DNA of 50,687 nucleotides from Candidatus Oleihabitans oleiphilus (GCA_018054125.1 JAGPKD010000003.1:1-50687); one strand, 5' to 3'. Counted from the stretch's first letter, positions 29,477 through 40,777 are shown. Translations and numbers: made by a program. The notes: generated from the sequence alone by a model not told the origin.

Positions 29477-31174
29477 ATGTTATCAGACTTAGAAATTGCT
29501 CAACAGACCGAACTACGCCCCATCATCGAGATTGCCTCTTCAGTAGGCATAAAAGAGGAGGAATTGGAACTCTACGGAAACTACAAAGCCAAGGTAAAAG
29601 CCAGCATTCTGGATAGATTGCCAGACCGCCCTCAAGCCAAATATATCGTGGTAACTGCTATTACTCCCACCCCCTTAGGAGAAGGTAAGACGGTCACTAC
29701 TATTGGCTTATCTCAGGGCTTGGCCAAACTGGGTAAGAAGGTCATCACCACCTTAAGAGAGCCCTCCATGGGACCGGTCTTCGGTATCAAGGGTGGTGCT
29801 GCTGGAGGAGGTTATTCCCAGGTAGTACCTATGGAAGACTTGAACCTTCATTTCACCGGTGATATCCATGCCGTAGGAGCCGCCAACAATCTCTTATGTG
29901 CTATGTTAGATACCCACCTACAGAAGGGTAACCAGATGAACATAGACCTTAATAATATCGGTATCAATCGGGTGGTGGACATCTCCGATCGAGCCTTACG
30001 CAAAATTATTATTGGCTTAGGTGGAAAAGAAAATGGTATTCCCCGAGAAACAGGATATGATATCACCGTTGCCTCTGAGGTGATGGCTATTTTAGCTCTG
30101 GCTACCAATATCTTTGATTTACGGAAGAGGCTAGCCAGAATGACTGTGGCCTATACTCGTGACGGCCAACCAGTTACCGCAGAAGACCTGAAAGCCGCTG
30201 GTGCTATGACCGTCCTACTGAAAGATGCCCTTAATCCTAATCTCATTCAGACCCTGGAACACGGACCCTGCTTCATGCATTGTGGTCCCTTTGCCAATAT
30301 TGCCCATGGTAACAATTCGGTCTTAGCCGATTTGATAGCTACCAAATTAGCCGACTATGTAGTAACCGAATCCGGCTTTGGCTCTGATATGGGCTTTGAG
30401 AAGATGTGTAATATCAAATGCCGCACCAGTAACCTGAAGGTGGATTGTGCTGTAATCGTCTGTACCATCAGGGCCTTAAAGATGCATGGGGGAGTAATTA
30501 AGGTAGTGGCTGGTAAACCCCTAGATATGGAGAAGTTAGCTTCCGAGAATTTGCCAGCCGTAGAAAAAGGCTGTGAAAATTTAGCAAAACATATTGAAAA
30601 TGTCCTCTTACACGGTATCAATCCGGTGGTGGTAATTAATCGCTATCCTACCGATACTCCAGCTGAGCTAGAGCTGATTAAGGAAAAAGGTCTTCAGGCT
30701 GGTGCCTCCGCTGTAGTAACCCATGAAGGCTGGGCTAAAGGTGGTGAGGGTTGTCTGGAGCTAGCCCAGGCCGTCTTAGAGGCCACGGAGAAGAAGAATG
30801 GTTTTCATTATCTTTATCCCTTAGAAGCCAGTATCAAAGAGAAGATTGAGCTTATTGCCACCAAAATTTATGGTGCTGATGGAGTTAGCTATGAAGAGCC
30901 AGCGGAAAGAAATATCCGCTTATTTGAAGCAGTAGGCTTTGGTAAGCTACCTATCTGTATGGCCAAGACCCATCTTTCTCTCTCACATGACCCGGCTATA
31001 AAAGGTAGACCTCGGCATTTTAAAGTACCCATAAGAGATATTCGAGCCTCAGTAGGTGCTGGTTTCCTCTATCCCCTCTTGGGGACTATGATGACTATGC
31101 CGGGCTTACCATCAGTACCAGCAGCTGCCAAGGTGGATATTGATGAGCAAGGAAATACAGTGGGATTGTTTTAA
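29477..31174 (+). CDS. fhs: Formate-tetrahydrofolate ligase
   Basis: 565 aa with TPTPLGEGKTVTTIGL and PCFMHCGPFANIAHG. SD aaggagg lies upstream. Codon usage is markedly richer in G/C-ending codons than in neighbouring genes. Confidence 0.96.
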   Translation: MLSDLEIAQQTELRPIIEIASSVGIKEEELELYGNYKAKVKASILDRLPDRPQAKYIVVTAITPTPLGEGKTVTTIGLSQGLAKLGKKVITTLREPSMGPVFGIKGGAAGGGYSQVVPMEDLNLHFTGDIHAVGAANNLLCAMLDTHLQKGNQMNIDLNNIGINRVVDISDRALRKIIIGLGGKENGIPRETGYDITVASEVMAILALATNIFDLRKRLARMTVAYTRDGQPVTAEDLKAAGAMTVLLKDALNPNLIQTLEHGPCFMHCGPFANIAHGNNSVLADLIATKLADYVVTESGFGSDMGFEKMCNIKCRTSNLKVDCAVIVCTIRALKMHGGVIKVVAGKPLDMEKLASENLPAVEKGCENLAKHIENVLLHGINPVVVINRYPTDTPAELELIKEKGLQAGASAVVTHEGWAKGGEGCLELAQAVLEATEKKNGFHYLYPLEASIKEKIELIATKIYGADGVSYEEPAERNIRLFEAVGFGKLPICMAKTHLSLSHDPAIKGRPRHFKVPIRDIRASVGAGFLYPLLGTMMTMPGLPSVPAAAKVDIDEQGNTVGLF

Positions 31175-31226
31175 TAATATTGGAGTTCCCTAAAAATATT
31201 TTTATAAAAATAGTGAGGTAAAAATT

Positions 31227-31613
31227 ATGTCGAAGAAAGTAATAGAAGGTTTATATTATAGTAAAAGTGATGAGTGGTTAAAAGTAGAGAATAGCATAGG
31301 TACAATTGGTATTACTGATTATGCTCAGGAGCAATTAGGTGATATTGTCTATGTGGAAGAAATTAAAAAAGGGGCAAAACTTAATAAAGGTGAGGTACTG
31401 ACTACTATAGAATCAGTTAAGGCTGTTTCAGATGTTTACTCACCTGTTAGTGGCGAGATTATTGAAGTTAATCAAAATATAATTAAAGAACCATCCTTAA
31501 TTAATAAAGACCCCTATGGTGAGGGTTGGTTTGCCAAAATAAAGATAAACAATCCTGAAGAAATAAAAGAGCTTATGAATGCTTCTGATTATAGTGAGTA
31601 TCGAAAAGAATAG
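31227..31613 (+). CDS. gcvH: Glycine cleavage system H protein
   Basis: 128 aa with the lipoyl-lysine motif ESVKAVSDVYSPVSGE. Confidence 0.94.
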   Translation: MSKKVIEGLYYSKSDEWLKVENSIGTIGITDYAQEQLGDIVYVEEIKKGAKLNKGEVLTTIESVKAVSDVYSPVSGEIIEVNQNIIKEPSLINKDPYGEGWFAKIKINNPEEIKELMNASDYSEYRKE

Positions 31614-31644
31614 AAAAAATATAAAAAAATAGAGGTGAATTAAA

Positions 31645-32988
31645 ATGAGATATATTCCCTCAACAGAAGAACAACAAAGAGAAATGCTTACAGAGATTGG
31701 GGTATCTTCCTTCGAAGAATTAATTGCCAGTATTCCTGAAAAGGTTAGATTAAAAAGAAAACTAAGTCTTCCCCCCGCCCTTGCCGAAAATGAATTAGAA
31801 GAAAAAATCGTTCAGATAGCTCAAAAAAATGCTAATTTTTACCAATTAAAGCCATTATTGGGAGCAGGTGCTTACCGTCATTTTGTGCCGGAAGCCGAAA
31901 AGGCTTTATTACAAAGAGAGGAATTTTGGACTTGCTATACTCCTTATCAACCGGAATTAAGCCAAGGAACTTTACAGTCCATCTTCGAATTTCAGAGTTA
32001 CCTTTCCCGGCTAACAAAAATGGAGGTAGTGGTTCCCTCGATTTTTGATGGAGCCTCTGCTACTGCTGAAGCAGCGTTGATGTCTTTAAGGCTAACCCAT
32101 AAAGATAAAATATTAATATCCTCTTTGCTTCATCCTCATTATCGAGAAACAGTTAAAACCTACCTGGCACCACATGCTGTTAAAATTTTAGAACTACCAT
32201 TTCGTAATGGCATTACTCAAATTAACAGTATTAAAGATTCTTTAGACGATAACACAGCTGCAGTAATAATTCAAAGTCCCAATTTCTTGGGAGGGATTGA
32301 AGATATAGCAGAAATTTCGGAAATAGCTCATCAGAAAAATGCTATGCTTATTCAAGTAATTGCCGAGAGCATGTCCCTGGGTATTTTAAAATCTCCAGGT
32401 AATATGAATGTGGATATAGTTTCTGGCAATACCCAATCTTTTGGCTTGGATTTAAATTTCGGTGGTCCTTACAATGCCTTTTTAGCAACGAAAAAACAAT
32501 ATATCAGACAACTACCTGGCAGAATAGTTGGTGAAACAAAGGATAAGAATGGCAAAAGATCCTTTGTTATGACTTTCAGGGCGCGTGAACAGGATATTAG
32601 AAGAGAAAAGGCAACCTCTAATATGTGCACCAATCATAATTTAAATGTAGTTGCTGCTAATATCTACCTTTCTCTTTTAGGTACAGAAGGTATTTACCAG
32701 TATTCACTTCTCAATCTTAAAAAAGCGCATTATTTGGAAACACAATTACTGAAATCAGGAAAATTTAGAAAACCATTCTCTTATCCTTATTTCAATGAAT
32801 TTTTACTCGAGTATGAAGGAGACCTTGAAAACCTATCAGAACGGTTGTTAGAAAATAATTTTCTACCACCTCTTTCTGTTCAACAATTTTTTCCTGATGA
32901 GAAATTTGAACAAAGTCTACTTTTTGCAGTAACTGAAATATTTTCCAGGGATGAATTAAATCAGATTGTTGATCTTTTATCCCGGTAA
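31645..32988 (+). CDS. gcvPA: Glycine dehydrogenase (decarboxylating) subunit 1
   Basis: 447 aa with TCYTPYQPELSQGTLQ typical of P-protein alpha. It is followed by subunit 2. Confidence 0.93.
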   Translation: MRYIPSTEEQQREMLTEIGVSSFEELIASIPEKVRLKRKLSLPPALAENELEEKIVQIAQKNANFYQLKPLLGAGAYRHFVPEAEKALLQREEFWTCYTPYQPELSQGTLQSIFEFQSYLSRLTKMEVVVPSIFDGASATAEAALMSLRLTHKDKILISSLLHPHYRETVKTYLAPHAVKILELPFRNGITQINSIKDSLDDNTAAVIIQSPNFLGGIEDIAEISEIAHQKNAMLIQVIAESMSLGILKSPGNMNVDIVSGNTQSFGLDLNFGGPYNAFLATKKQYIRQLPGRIVGETKDKNGKRSFVMTFRAREQDIRREKATSNMCTNHNLNVVAANIYLSLLGTEGIYQYSLLNLKKAHYLETQLLKSGKFRKPFSYPYFNEFLLEYEGDLENLSERLLENNFLPPLSVQQFFPDEKFEQSLLFAVTEIFSRDELNQIVDLLSR

Positions 32989-32999
32989 GGAGGAATAAA

Positions 33000-34505
33000 A
33001 TGAAATTGATTTTTGAAAAAAGTGTTCCTGGTAGAGATGGTTATTCGATTCCTCAAGATTTATTTGATGATATTAAGGCAGAAGAGTTATTACCTGATAA
33101 GTATCTGGAGGATAATAAAAAGAACTTAACTGAAGTTTCAGAAGTCGATGTAATTAGACATTTTACCAAACTTTCCAAATTTAATTACGGTGTTGATGAT
33201 GGTTTATATCCCTTAGGTTCCTGTACCATGAAATATAATCCCAGGATTAATGAAAAAATGTCCAGCTTAACTAATTTTATTTATGCTCATCCCCTTTCCT
33301 CACTGGAATTGGTGCAGGGTAACTTAGAGATTATGTATCTTCTTAATCAAATGTTATGTGAGATAACGGCTATGGATCAGTATACCATGGCTCCTGCTTC
33401 TGGTGCTCACGGTGAATTAACTGGAATACTAATCATGAGAAAATATTTTTTGGACCATGGTGAAAAAAGATTCAAAATGCTAATTCCCGATTCTGCTCAT
33501 GGTACCAATCCAGCCTCTGCAGCTATGGGGGGATTTGAAGTAGTAGAGATTAAATCAAATCAAAATGGAACAGTTGATTTGGAATCCTTAGCTTACGCTA
33601 TGGATGAACAAACAGTAGGTTTAATGCTTACCAATCCAAATACCGTTGGCTTGTATGATGAAGGTATCGAATCCATTGAAAGGATTATCCACCAGAAAGG
33701 TGGTTTACTTTACTATGATGGGGCTAATCTCAATGCTTCTTTAGGTATTATTCGCCCTGGAGACGCTGGGTTTGATGTGGTACATCTAAACCTGCATAAA
33801 ACTTTTTCTACACCTCATGGAGGTGGTGGGCCTGGTGCCGGGGTAATTGGGGTAAAAAAGAATCTTATTCCTTATCTACCAACCCCTCTGGTCGATTTTG
33901 ATGAGGAGACCAAAAAATACATCTTTAAAGAAGCTGGTGAAAAAAGCATTGGTATGGTCCGTAGTTTTTGGGGCAATTTCTCAGTTTTAGTAAAGACTTT
34001 TGCCTGGATTCTATCTTTAGGACCAGAAGATCTTTATCAATGTTCCAAAACCAGTATTATCAATGCCAACTATGTTTTAACAAAACTAAAGAAATATTTT
34101 AAACCAGCCTATGATCGTTACTGTGGTCATGAATGTACTTTAACTGCCCGTGAATATAAAAAATATGGTATCAAGACAATACATATTGCTAAAAGATTGA
34201 TGGACTATGGTTTCCATCCCCCTACCATTTATTTTCCACACTTTGAACCATATGCCGAAGAAACGATCATGATCGAACCACCAGAATCAGAGGGTAAAGA
34301 GATCTTAGACAATTTCATTGCTGTTATGATAAAAATTTCCAAGGAGGCTGCAGAAAATTCGGATATATTAAAATCTGCTCCTCACAAAACGCCTATCAGT
34401 CAAACTAACGATGTATTAGCCGTTAAAAGACCAATCTTGACCTACGATGATGAGTTGGAATTAAAAGATGAATTGAACTATCAGGAAAAAGATATTGATT
34501 TTTAA
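33000..34505 (+). CDS. gcvPB: Glycine dehydrogenase (decarboxylating) subunit 2
   Basis: 501 aa with the PLP-lysine motif NLHKTFSTPHGGGGPG. Confidence 0.94.
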   Translation: MKLIFEKSVPGRDGYSIPQDLFDDIKAEELLPDKYLEDNKKNLTEVSEVDVIRHFTKLSKFNYGVDDGLYPLGSCTMKYNPRINEKMSSLTNFIYAHPLSSLELVQGNLEIMYLLNQMLCEITAMDQYTMAPASGAHGELTGILIMRKYFLDHGEKRFKMLIPDSAHGTNPASAAMGGFEVVEIKSNQNGTVDLESLAYAMDEQTVGLMLTNPNTVGLYDEGIESIERIIHQKGGLLYYDGANLNASLGIIRPGDAGFDVVHLNLHKTFSTPHGGGGPGAGVIGVKKNLIPYLPTPLVDFDEETKKYIFKEAGEKSIGMVRSFWGNFSVLVKTFAWILSLGPEDLYQCSKTSIINANYVLTKLKKYFKPAYDRYCGHECTLTAREYKKYGIKTIHIAKRLMDYGFHPPTIYFPHFEPYAEETIMIEPPESEGKEILDNFIAVMIKISKEAAENSDILKSAPHKTPISQTNDVLAVKRPILTYDDELELKDELNYQEKDIDF

Positions 34506-34528
34506 TCAATTGTTACAAGGAGGATAAA

Positions 34529-35653
34529 ATGGAAGAAAATTTCTTATTAAAGACACCCTTACATGATGAACATCTTAGCCTGAAAGCTCGCATGATCCCC
34601 TTTGATGGATTTGATATGCCAGTTCAGTATAGTAGTATCATTGAAGAACATATGGCTGTTAGAGAAAAAGTTGGTATCTTTGATGTATCCCATATGGGAG
34701 AAATTGAGATTAAAGGACCAGATGCCGTTTCTTTTGTAGATTATCTTTTAACTAATCGAATATCTAATATGAAAGATAATGCTATTAAATATTCTCCCAT
34801 GTGTTATCCCCATGGCGGTCAGGTAGATGACCTTTTTGTCTACAAAATCAGCAATCGCTTTATTCTTTTAGTGGTAAATGCCTCACCCAACTATTCAGAA
34901 AAGGATGAACAATGGATTAAAAAACAGAATATTGGTTTTGATGTAGAAATTTGTAATAAAAGCAAAGAATATGGTGAAGTAGCTATCCAGGGACCACTGG
35001 CAGAAAAAATGTTAAATCCTTTCTTTAAAGGTGAACTTTTTTTAACAGAGTTAGAAAGATTTAAATTTGCCTACGGTACCCTTTTTGGGAAAGATGTTCT
35101 GATCTCACGTACTGGTTATACGGGAGAAGATGGGTTTGAGGTATATACTGCTAATAGTGCTGATATAGTTGACATCTGGCATCACTCCCTAATCGAAGGC
35201 GAAAGTTATGGCATTAAACCCTGTGGCTTGGGAGCACGAGATACCACTCGCTTTGAAGTTGCTTACTGGCTCTATGGGAACGATATAGACGAACATATCA
35301 ACCCCTTAGAAACAGGTCAAGAATGGGCAGTAAAATTTGATAAAGAAAAATTTATTGGTAAAGATAGCCTGTTAAAAATTAAACAGGAAGGTATCACTCG
35401 CCAATTAGTTGGTCTTTTTGTTCCTCAAGGAGGAATCCCTAGAAATAAGATGGAAGTTTATAAAGATAACCATAAAATTGGATTTATTACCTCAGGTAAC
35501 TATTGCCCTTCCTTGAAGAAGGTTTATGCCATGGCGTTATTAGATTTACCTTTTACCAAAGTAGGTACCCAGGTTGACATTATGATTAGAAATAAAGCGG
35601 TACCAGCAGAAGTGGTCCCATTACCATTTTTATTGCCCTTCAATAAGAGATAA
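34529..35653 (+). CDS. gcvT: Glycine cleavage system T protein (aminomethyltransferase)
   Basis: 374 aa with TPLHDEH, FDVSHMGE and SRTGYTGEDGFE. Confidence 0.94.
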   Translation: MEENFLLKTPLHDEHLSLKARMIPFDGFDMPVQYSSIIEEHMAVREKVGIFDVSHMGEIEIKGPDAVSFVDYLLTNRISNMKDNAIKYSPMCYPHGGQVDDLFVYKISNRFILLVVNASPNYSEKDEQWIKKQNIGFDVEICNKSKEYGEVAIQGPLAEKMLNPFFKGELFLTELERFKFAYGTLFGKDVLISRTGYTGEDGFEVYTANSADIVDIWHHSLIEGESYGIKPCGLGARDTTRFEVAYWLYGNDIDEHINPLETGQEWAVKFDKEKFIGKDSLLKIKQEGITRQLVGLFVPQGGIPRNKMEVYKDNHKIGFITSGNYCPSLKKVYAMALLDLPFTKVGTQVDIMIRNKAVPAEVVPLPFLLPFNKR

Positions 35654-35680
35654 TGTCTATTAAGGTTGACGGAGAGGACT

Positions 35681-35730
35681 TCACTCTCACCTAACCTCTC
35701 CCTTCAAGGGAGAGGGATGAGGGATAGTGA
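35681..35730. repeat. D-module hairpin downstream of gcvT (forward orientation)
   Basis: The sequence is tcactctcacctaacctctcccttcaagggagagggatgagggatagtg, with core stem cctctccctt/aagggagagg. No adjacent U run follows, so it is not a canonical terminator. Confidence 0.75.
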
Positions 35731-35937
35731 AAATTTTTGAGCAATAAGTTATACCAGCATTTGACAATATACTATAATAAATTAAAAAAGAAAGGAGGTT
35801 TAGCAAAATTTCGATTTTGGGAGGTGATCAATTTATTTTGAAATAGTTGTGTTTAATCTCTTTTAAATAGAGCTGTGTATTATCTATTTTAACTATTAAT
35901 TAATAAATAATGATAAAATTTGGGAGGTTAAATAAGT

Positions 35938-37299
35938 ATGACTGCAATCATGAACTTTTTAACTGTGATTGATGATTTTGTCTGGGGACCACCCATGATG
36001 GTATTATTGGTTGGAACAGGAATATTTCTCTCCATTCGGGTTGGTTTTCCTCAAATCTTTCATTTTGGTTATGGCTGGAAGGTATTTTTTAGCGGAGCTT
36101 TTAAGAGAGATAAAGACAAAAGAGGTGAAGGAGAAATTACTCCTTTTCAAGCCTTAGCTTCTACCCTGGCTGCTACTGTTGGTAATGGAAATATTGCTGG
36201 AGTGGCAACAGCAGTTGCTTCAGGTGGACCAGGTGCTTTAGTGTGGATGTGGTTAGCAGCCTTTTTTGGAATGTGTACCAGAATGGCTGAAGCAACTCTG
36301 GGTGTCAAATATAGAATCAAAGATAAAGATGGAGCTTTTGCAGCAGGTTCTATGTATTTCATTGAAAGAGGTTTGGGTCAAAAATGGTTGGGTTGGCTAT
36401 TTGCCTTGTTTGGAGCCATTGCTGCCTTTGGTATAGGGGATATGGTACAGACTAATTCCATGGCTTTAGTGGGAAAGAGTGTTTTTAATATACCGGTAGT
36501 TGTAACAGGAATAGTCCTTACTTTTCTAGTCTGGATAGTAATAATAGGGGGGATTAAAAGAATTGGTGAAGTATGCGAATTATTAGTCCCCCTTATGTGT
36601 ATCTTCTATATTGTGGGAGGACTCATTATTATAATTACCAAAATTAACTTACTACCCTGGGCTATTGGGGAAATATTTAAATCTGCTTTTACAGGTAGAG
36701 CTGCCTTTGGAGGTTTTGCAGGAGCTACTGTTGCTCAAGCAATGAGATATGGAATAGCCAGAGGGATATTTTCCAATGAAGCTGGTTTAGGTAGCGGTAG
36801 TATAGCTCATGGCGTTGCCCAGACTAAACACCCTGCTCGTCAGGGCTGCCTTGGTATGATAGAGACTTGTATTGATACCCTCATTGTTTGTTCTATAACA
36901 GGACTGGTTATCATTTTAACTAGATCCTTAGAAACAGGTCTTACCAGTACCGCTCTTACTGCTCGAGCATTTAGTAGTGTATTGGGAGTAATAGGTGGAC
37001 CTATTGTAGCCATCGGTTCTTTGTTATTTGGTTATTCTACTATTATCACCTGGTGTTATTACGGTCAACAATGTTCCCGGTATATCTTAGGGCCTGCTGT
37101 TATTAAACCCTATGCCTGGCTTTTTGTAATCGTTGCTTTCCTTGGTTCAGTAGTTGAAGTTCCTTTTGTCTGGCTACTTACCGATGCCCTTAATGGAGCT
37201 ATGGCTATCCCGAACTTAATTGGTTTACTCTTCTTAAGTGGTATCTTTGCTAAAGAGGTAAAAGAATACTTCTCTAATCCAGAACTACTAGATCATTAA
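35938..37299 (+). CDS. Alanine/glycine:cation symporter (AGCS family)
   Basis: 453 aa polytopic protein with the AGCS motifs TPFQALASTLAATVGNGNIAGVATAV and SNEAGLGS. Confidence 0.9.
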   Translation: MTAIMNFLTVIDDFVWGPPMMVLLVGTGIFLSIRVGFPQIFHFGYGWKVFFSGAFKRDKDKRGEGEITPFQALASTLAATVGNGNIAGVATAVASGGPGALVWMWLAAFFGMCTRMAEATLGVKYRIKDKDGAFAAGSMYFIERGLGQKWLGWLFALFGAIAAFGIGDMVQTNSMALVGKSVFNIPVVVTGIVLTFLVWIVIIGGIKRIGEVCELLVPLMCIFYIVGGLIIIITKINLLPWAIGEIFKSAFTGRAAFGGFAGATVAQAMRYGIARGIFSNEAGLGSGSIAHGVAQTKHPARQGCLGMIETCIDTLIVCSITGLVIILTRSLETGLTSTALTARAFSSVLGVIGGPIVAIGSLLFGYSTIITWCYYGQQCSRYILGPAVIKPYAWLFVIVAFLGSVVEVPFVWLLTDALNGAMAIPNLIGLLFLSGIFAKEVKEYFSNPELLDH

Positions 37300-37348
37300 A
37301 ATATTGAGATATCATATCAATCTTGTTAATATTTAGACTTACTTAGGT

Positions 37349-37371
37349 GGGGGGTTGAGCATTAACCCCCC
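37349..37371 (+). terminator. GC-rich stem-loop between the symporter gene and ald (weak terminator or stabilising hairpin)
   Basis: The sequence is ggggggtt-gagcatt-aacccccc, with a perfect 8 bp stem. It is followed by aatttat, so there is no strong U run. Confidence 0.3.
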
Positions 37372-37410
37372 AATTTATATCTATTTCATATTTAAGAAAG
37401 GTTTTGAAAA

Positions 37411-38526
37411 ATGATAATCGGTATACCTAAAGAGATTAAAGATAATGAGAATCGAGTAGCTATTACCCCAGCTGGAGTAAAGGCCTTTATAAAAGCAGGT
37501 CATCAGGTATTAGTTCAAAAATCAGCTGGCTCAGGTAGTGGAATAACAGACCAGGAATATAGTACTGCTGGTGCTTCTCTTCGAAAAGAAGCTGTAGAAA
37601 TTTTTCAGGAAGCTGATATGATTATGAAAGTAAAAGAACCAATGCCTCCTGAATATTCATTAATTAAAGAAGGACAGATTATTTTTACCTATTTTCACTT
37701 TGCTGCCTCTCGTGAACTAACACAAGCTATGATGGAGAGAAATTGCATCTGTATTGCTTATGAAACGGTGGAGACAGAAGACGGGACTCTTCCACTTTTA
37801 GCACCGATGAGTGAGGTGGCCGGCAAAATGGCTGGTCACCTAGTAGCTTATTATTTGGCTCTGCCCTGTGGTGGACGAGGTGTCTTGTTAGGGGGAGTAC
37901 CCGGTGTCAAACCAGCCAAGGTTGTAGTAATTGGCGGTGGAACAGTAGGAACCAATGCTGCCAAAGTAGCAGCTGGTATTGGAGCTAATGTTACTATTTT
38001 AGATATAAATTTGAACCGTCTCAAATATTTAGATGATATAATGCCTAAAAATGTAATTCTTCTGGCTTCCAATCAATTCAATGTTGAAGAAGAACTTAAA
38101 GATGCTGATGCTTTAATCGGTGCAGCCTTGATACCAGGGGCACCAGCACCTAAAGTGGTTAGCGAGGAGATGGTTAAGATGATGCCCAGGCATTCAGTTA
38201 TAGTTGATGTCGCTATTGATCAGGGAGGATGTATCGAGACCAGTAAACCTACTTCTCATAGCAATCCAACATATCTGATGCATGATGTTTTACACTATTG
38301 TGTTACCAACATGCCAGGTGCCTTTGCCAGAACCTCAACTTTTGCCTTAACTAATGCCACTTTACCCTATGCTCTGGAAATTGCCAACAAAGGTTATCAA
38401 AAAGCACTTATTAGTAATCCTGCTATTGCTAAGGGACTCAACGTTATAGATGGAAAGGTAACTTATAAACCGATAGCTGAGGCATTTGGTTATCAATACT
38501 ATCCTATAGATGAGTTGTATCAATAA
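37411..38526 (+). CDS. ald: Alanine dehydrogenase
   Basis: 371 aa with N-terminus IGIPKEIKDNENRVAITPAGV and the NAD-binding motif VVIGGGTVGTNAA. Confidence 0.95.
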   Translation: MIIGIPKEIKDNENRVAITPAGVKAFIKAGHQVLVQKSAGSGSGITDQEYSTAGASLRKEAVEIFQEADMIMKVKEPMPPEYSLIKEGQIIFTYFHFAASRELTQAMMERNCICIAYETVETEDGTLPLLAPMSEVAGKMAGHLVAYYLALPCGGRGVLLGGVPGVKPAKVVVIGGGTVGTNAAKVAAGIGANVTILDINLNRLKYLDDIMPKNVILLASNQFNVEEELKDADALIGAALIPGAPAPKVVSEEMVKMMPRHSVIVDVAIDQGGCIETSKPTSHSNPTYLMHDVLHYCVTNMPGAFARTSTFALTNATLPYALEIANKGYQKALISNPAIAKGLNVIDGKVTYKPIAEAFGYQYYPIDELYQ

Positions 38527-38570
38527 TATTTAACTTTAATTACTTCTGACTTTCTTTTTAGAAAAAGTCA

Positions 38571-38606
38571 AGCCCCCTTTCTATTTAAAGAAAGAGGGCT
38601 TTTTTA
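38571..38606 (+). terminator. Terminator between convergent ald and groEL, probably bidirectional
   Basis: agccccctttct (38571-82) pairs with agaaagagggct (38589-38600) with 1 mismatch, then tttttt. On the minus strand the same hairpin is followed by gacttttt. Confidence 0.7.
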
Positions 38607-38656
38607 ATCTTAGTTATCCATCTTAGGTAATTAATTAACAATATTTTCTTATCTAA

Positions 38657-40297
<1,641 letters not shown>

Positions 40298-40349
40298 TCA
40301 TCCTCCTTAGTTAATAGTTGACACTTATATATTTATGATAAATTTTTTT

Positions 40350-40652
40350 CTATTCTAAAATAGCAAGTATATCTTTTTCGCTTAAAATAAGATAATCTTC
40401 GTCATCATCACCTTTTATATCAGTACCAGAATACTTAGCATATATAACTTTATCACCTTTTTTAAACTGCATGGGAAATGTTTTTCCATCATCATTTGTT
40501 CTGCCAGGGCCAACTGCCAGCACTTCTCCTACCTGGGGTTTTTCTTTTGATACCGTATCTGGTAAGACAATACCACCCTTTGTTTTTTCTTCTTCCTCAA
40601 CTGGTTTTACTAGGATACGATCAGCTAAGGGTTTAATTTTTGTTACATCCAT
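40350..40652 (-). CDS. groES: Co-chaperonin GroES
   Basis: 100 aa with [12 protein letters not shown] and the mobile loop [12 protein letters not shown]. Confidence 0.96.
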   Translation of the reverse strand: MDVTKIKPLADRILVKPVEEEEKTKGGIVLPDTVSKEKPQVGEVLAVGPGRTNDDGKTFPMQFKKGDKVIYAKYSGTDIKGDDDEDYLILSEKDILAILE

Positions 40653-40710
40653 ATCTATTCCTCCTTAAAAATTTTTTTATTTTATATTTTGAAAGATATT
40701 TTAAATGATT

Positions 40711-40737
40711 TTAGCACTCTCACTATGAGAGTGCTAA
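40711..40737 (-). promoter_or_regulatory. CIRCE operator (HrcA binding site)
   Basis: It is a perfect TTAGCACTC-N9-GAGTGCTAA match: ttagcactc tcactatga gagtgctaa. It lies 58 nt upstream of the groES ATG. Confidence 0.95.
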
Positions 40738-40748
40738 AATCTTTCACT

Positions 40749-40777
40749 ATATTATATAATACACTAATTTTTTGCAA
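40749..40777 (-). promoter_or_regulatory. Candidate groESL promoter (TTGCAA-17-TAATAT)
   Basis: On the minus strand, ttgcaa is at 40777-40772 and taatat at 40754-40749. CIRCE begins about 12 nt downstream of the -10 element, which is the classic arrangement. Confidence 0.55.

Noticed and set aside
35654-35937. Second glycine riboswitch or leader peptide upstream of the AGCS symporter. The leader has duplicated SD-like motifs: aaaggagg, tgggaggtg, tgggaggtt.
   Set aside because: There is no CCGAAGGGGCAA/GGAGAG core, and no start codon is suitably spaced after the first two SD-like motifs. The only conserved element is the D-module hairpin.
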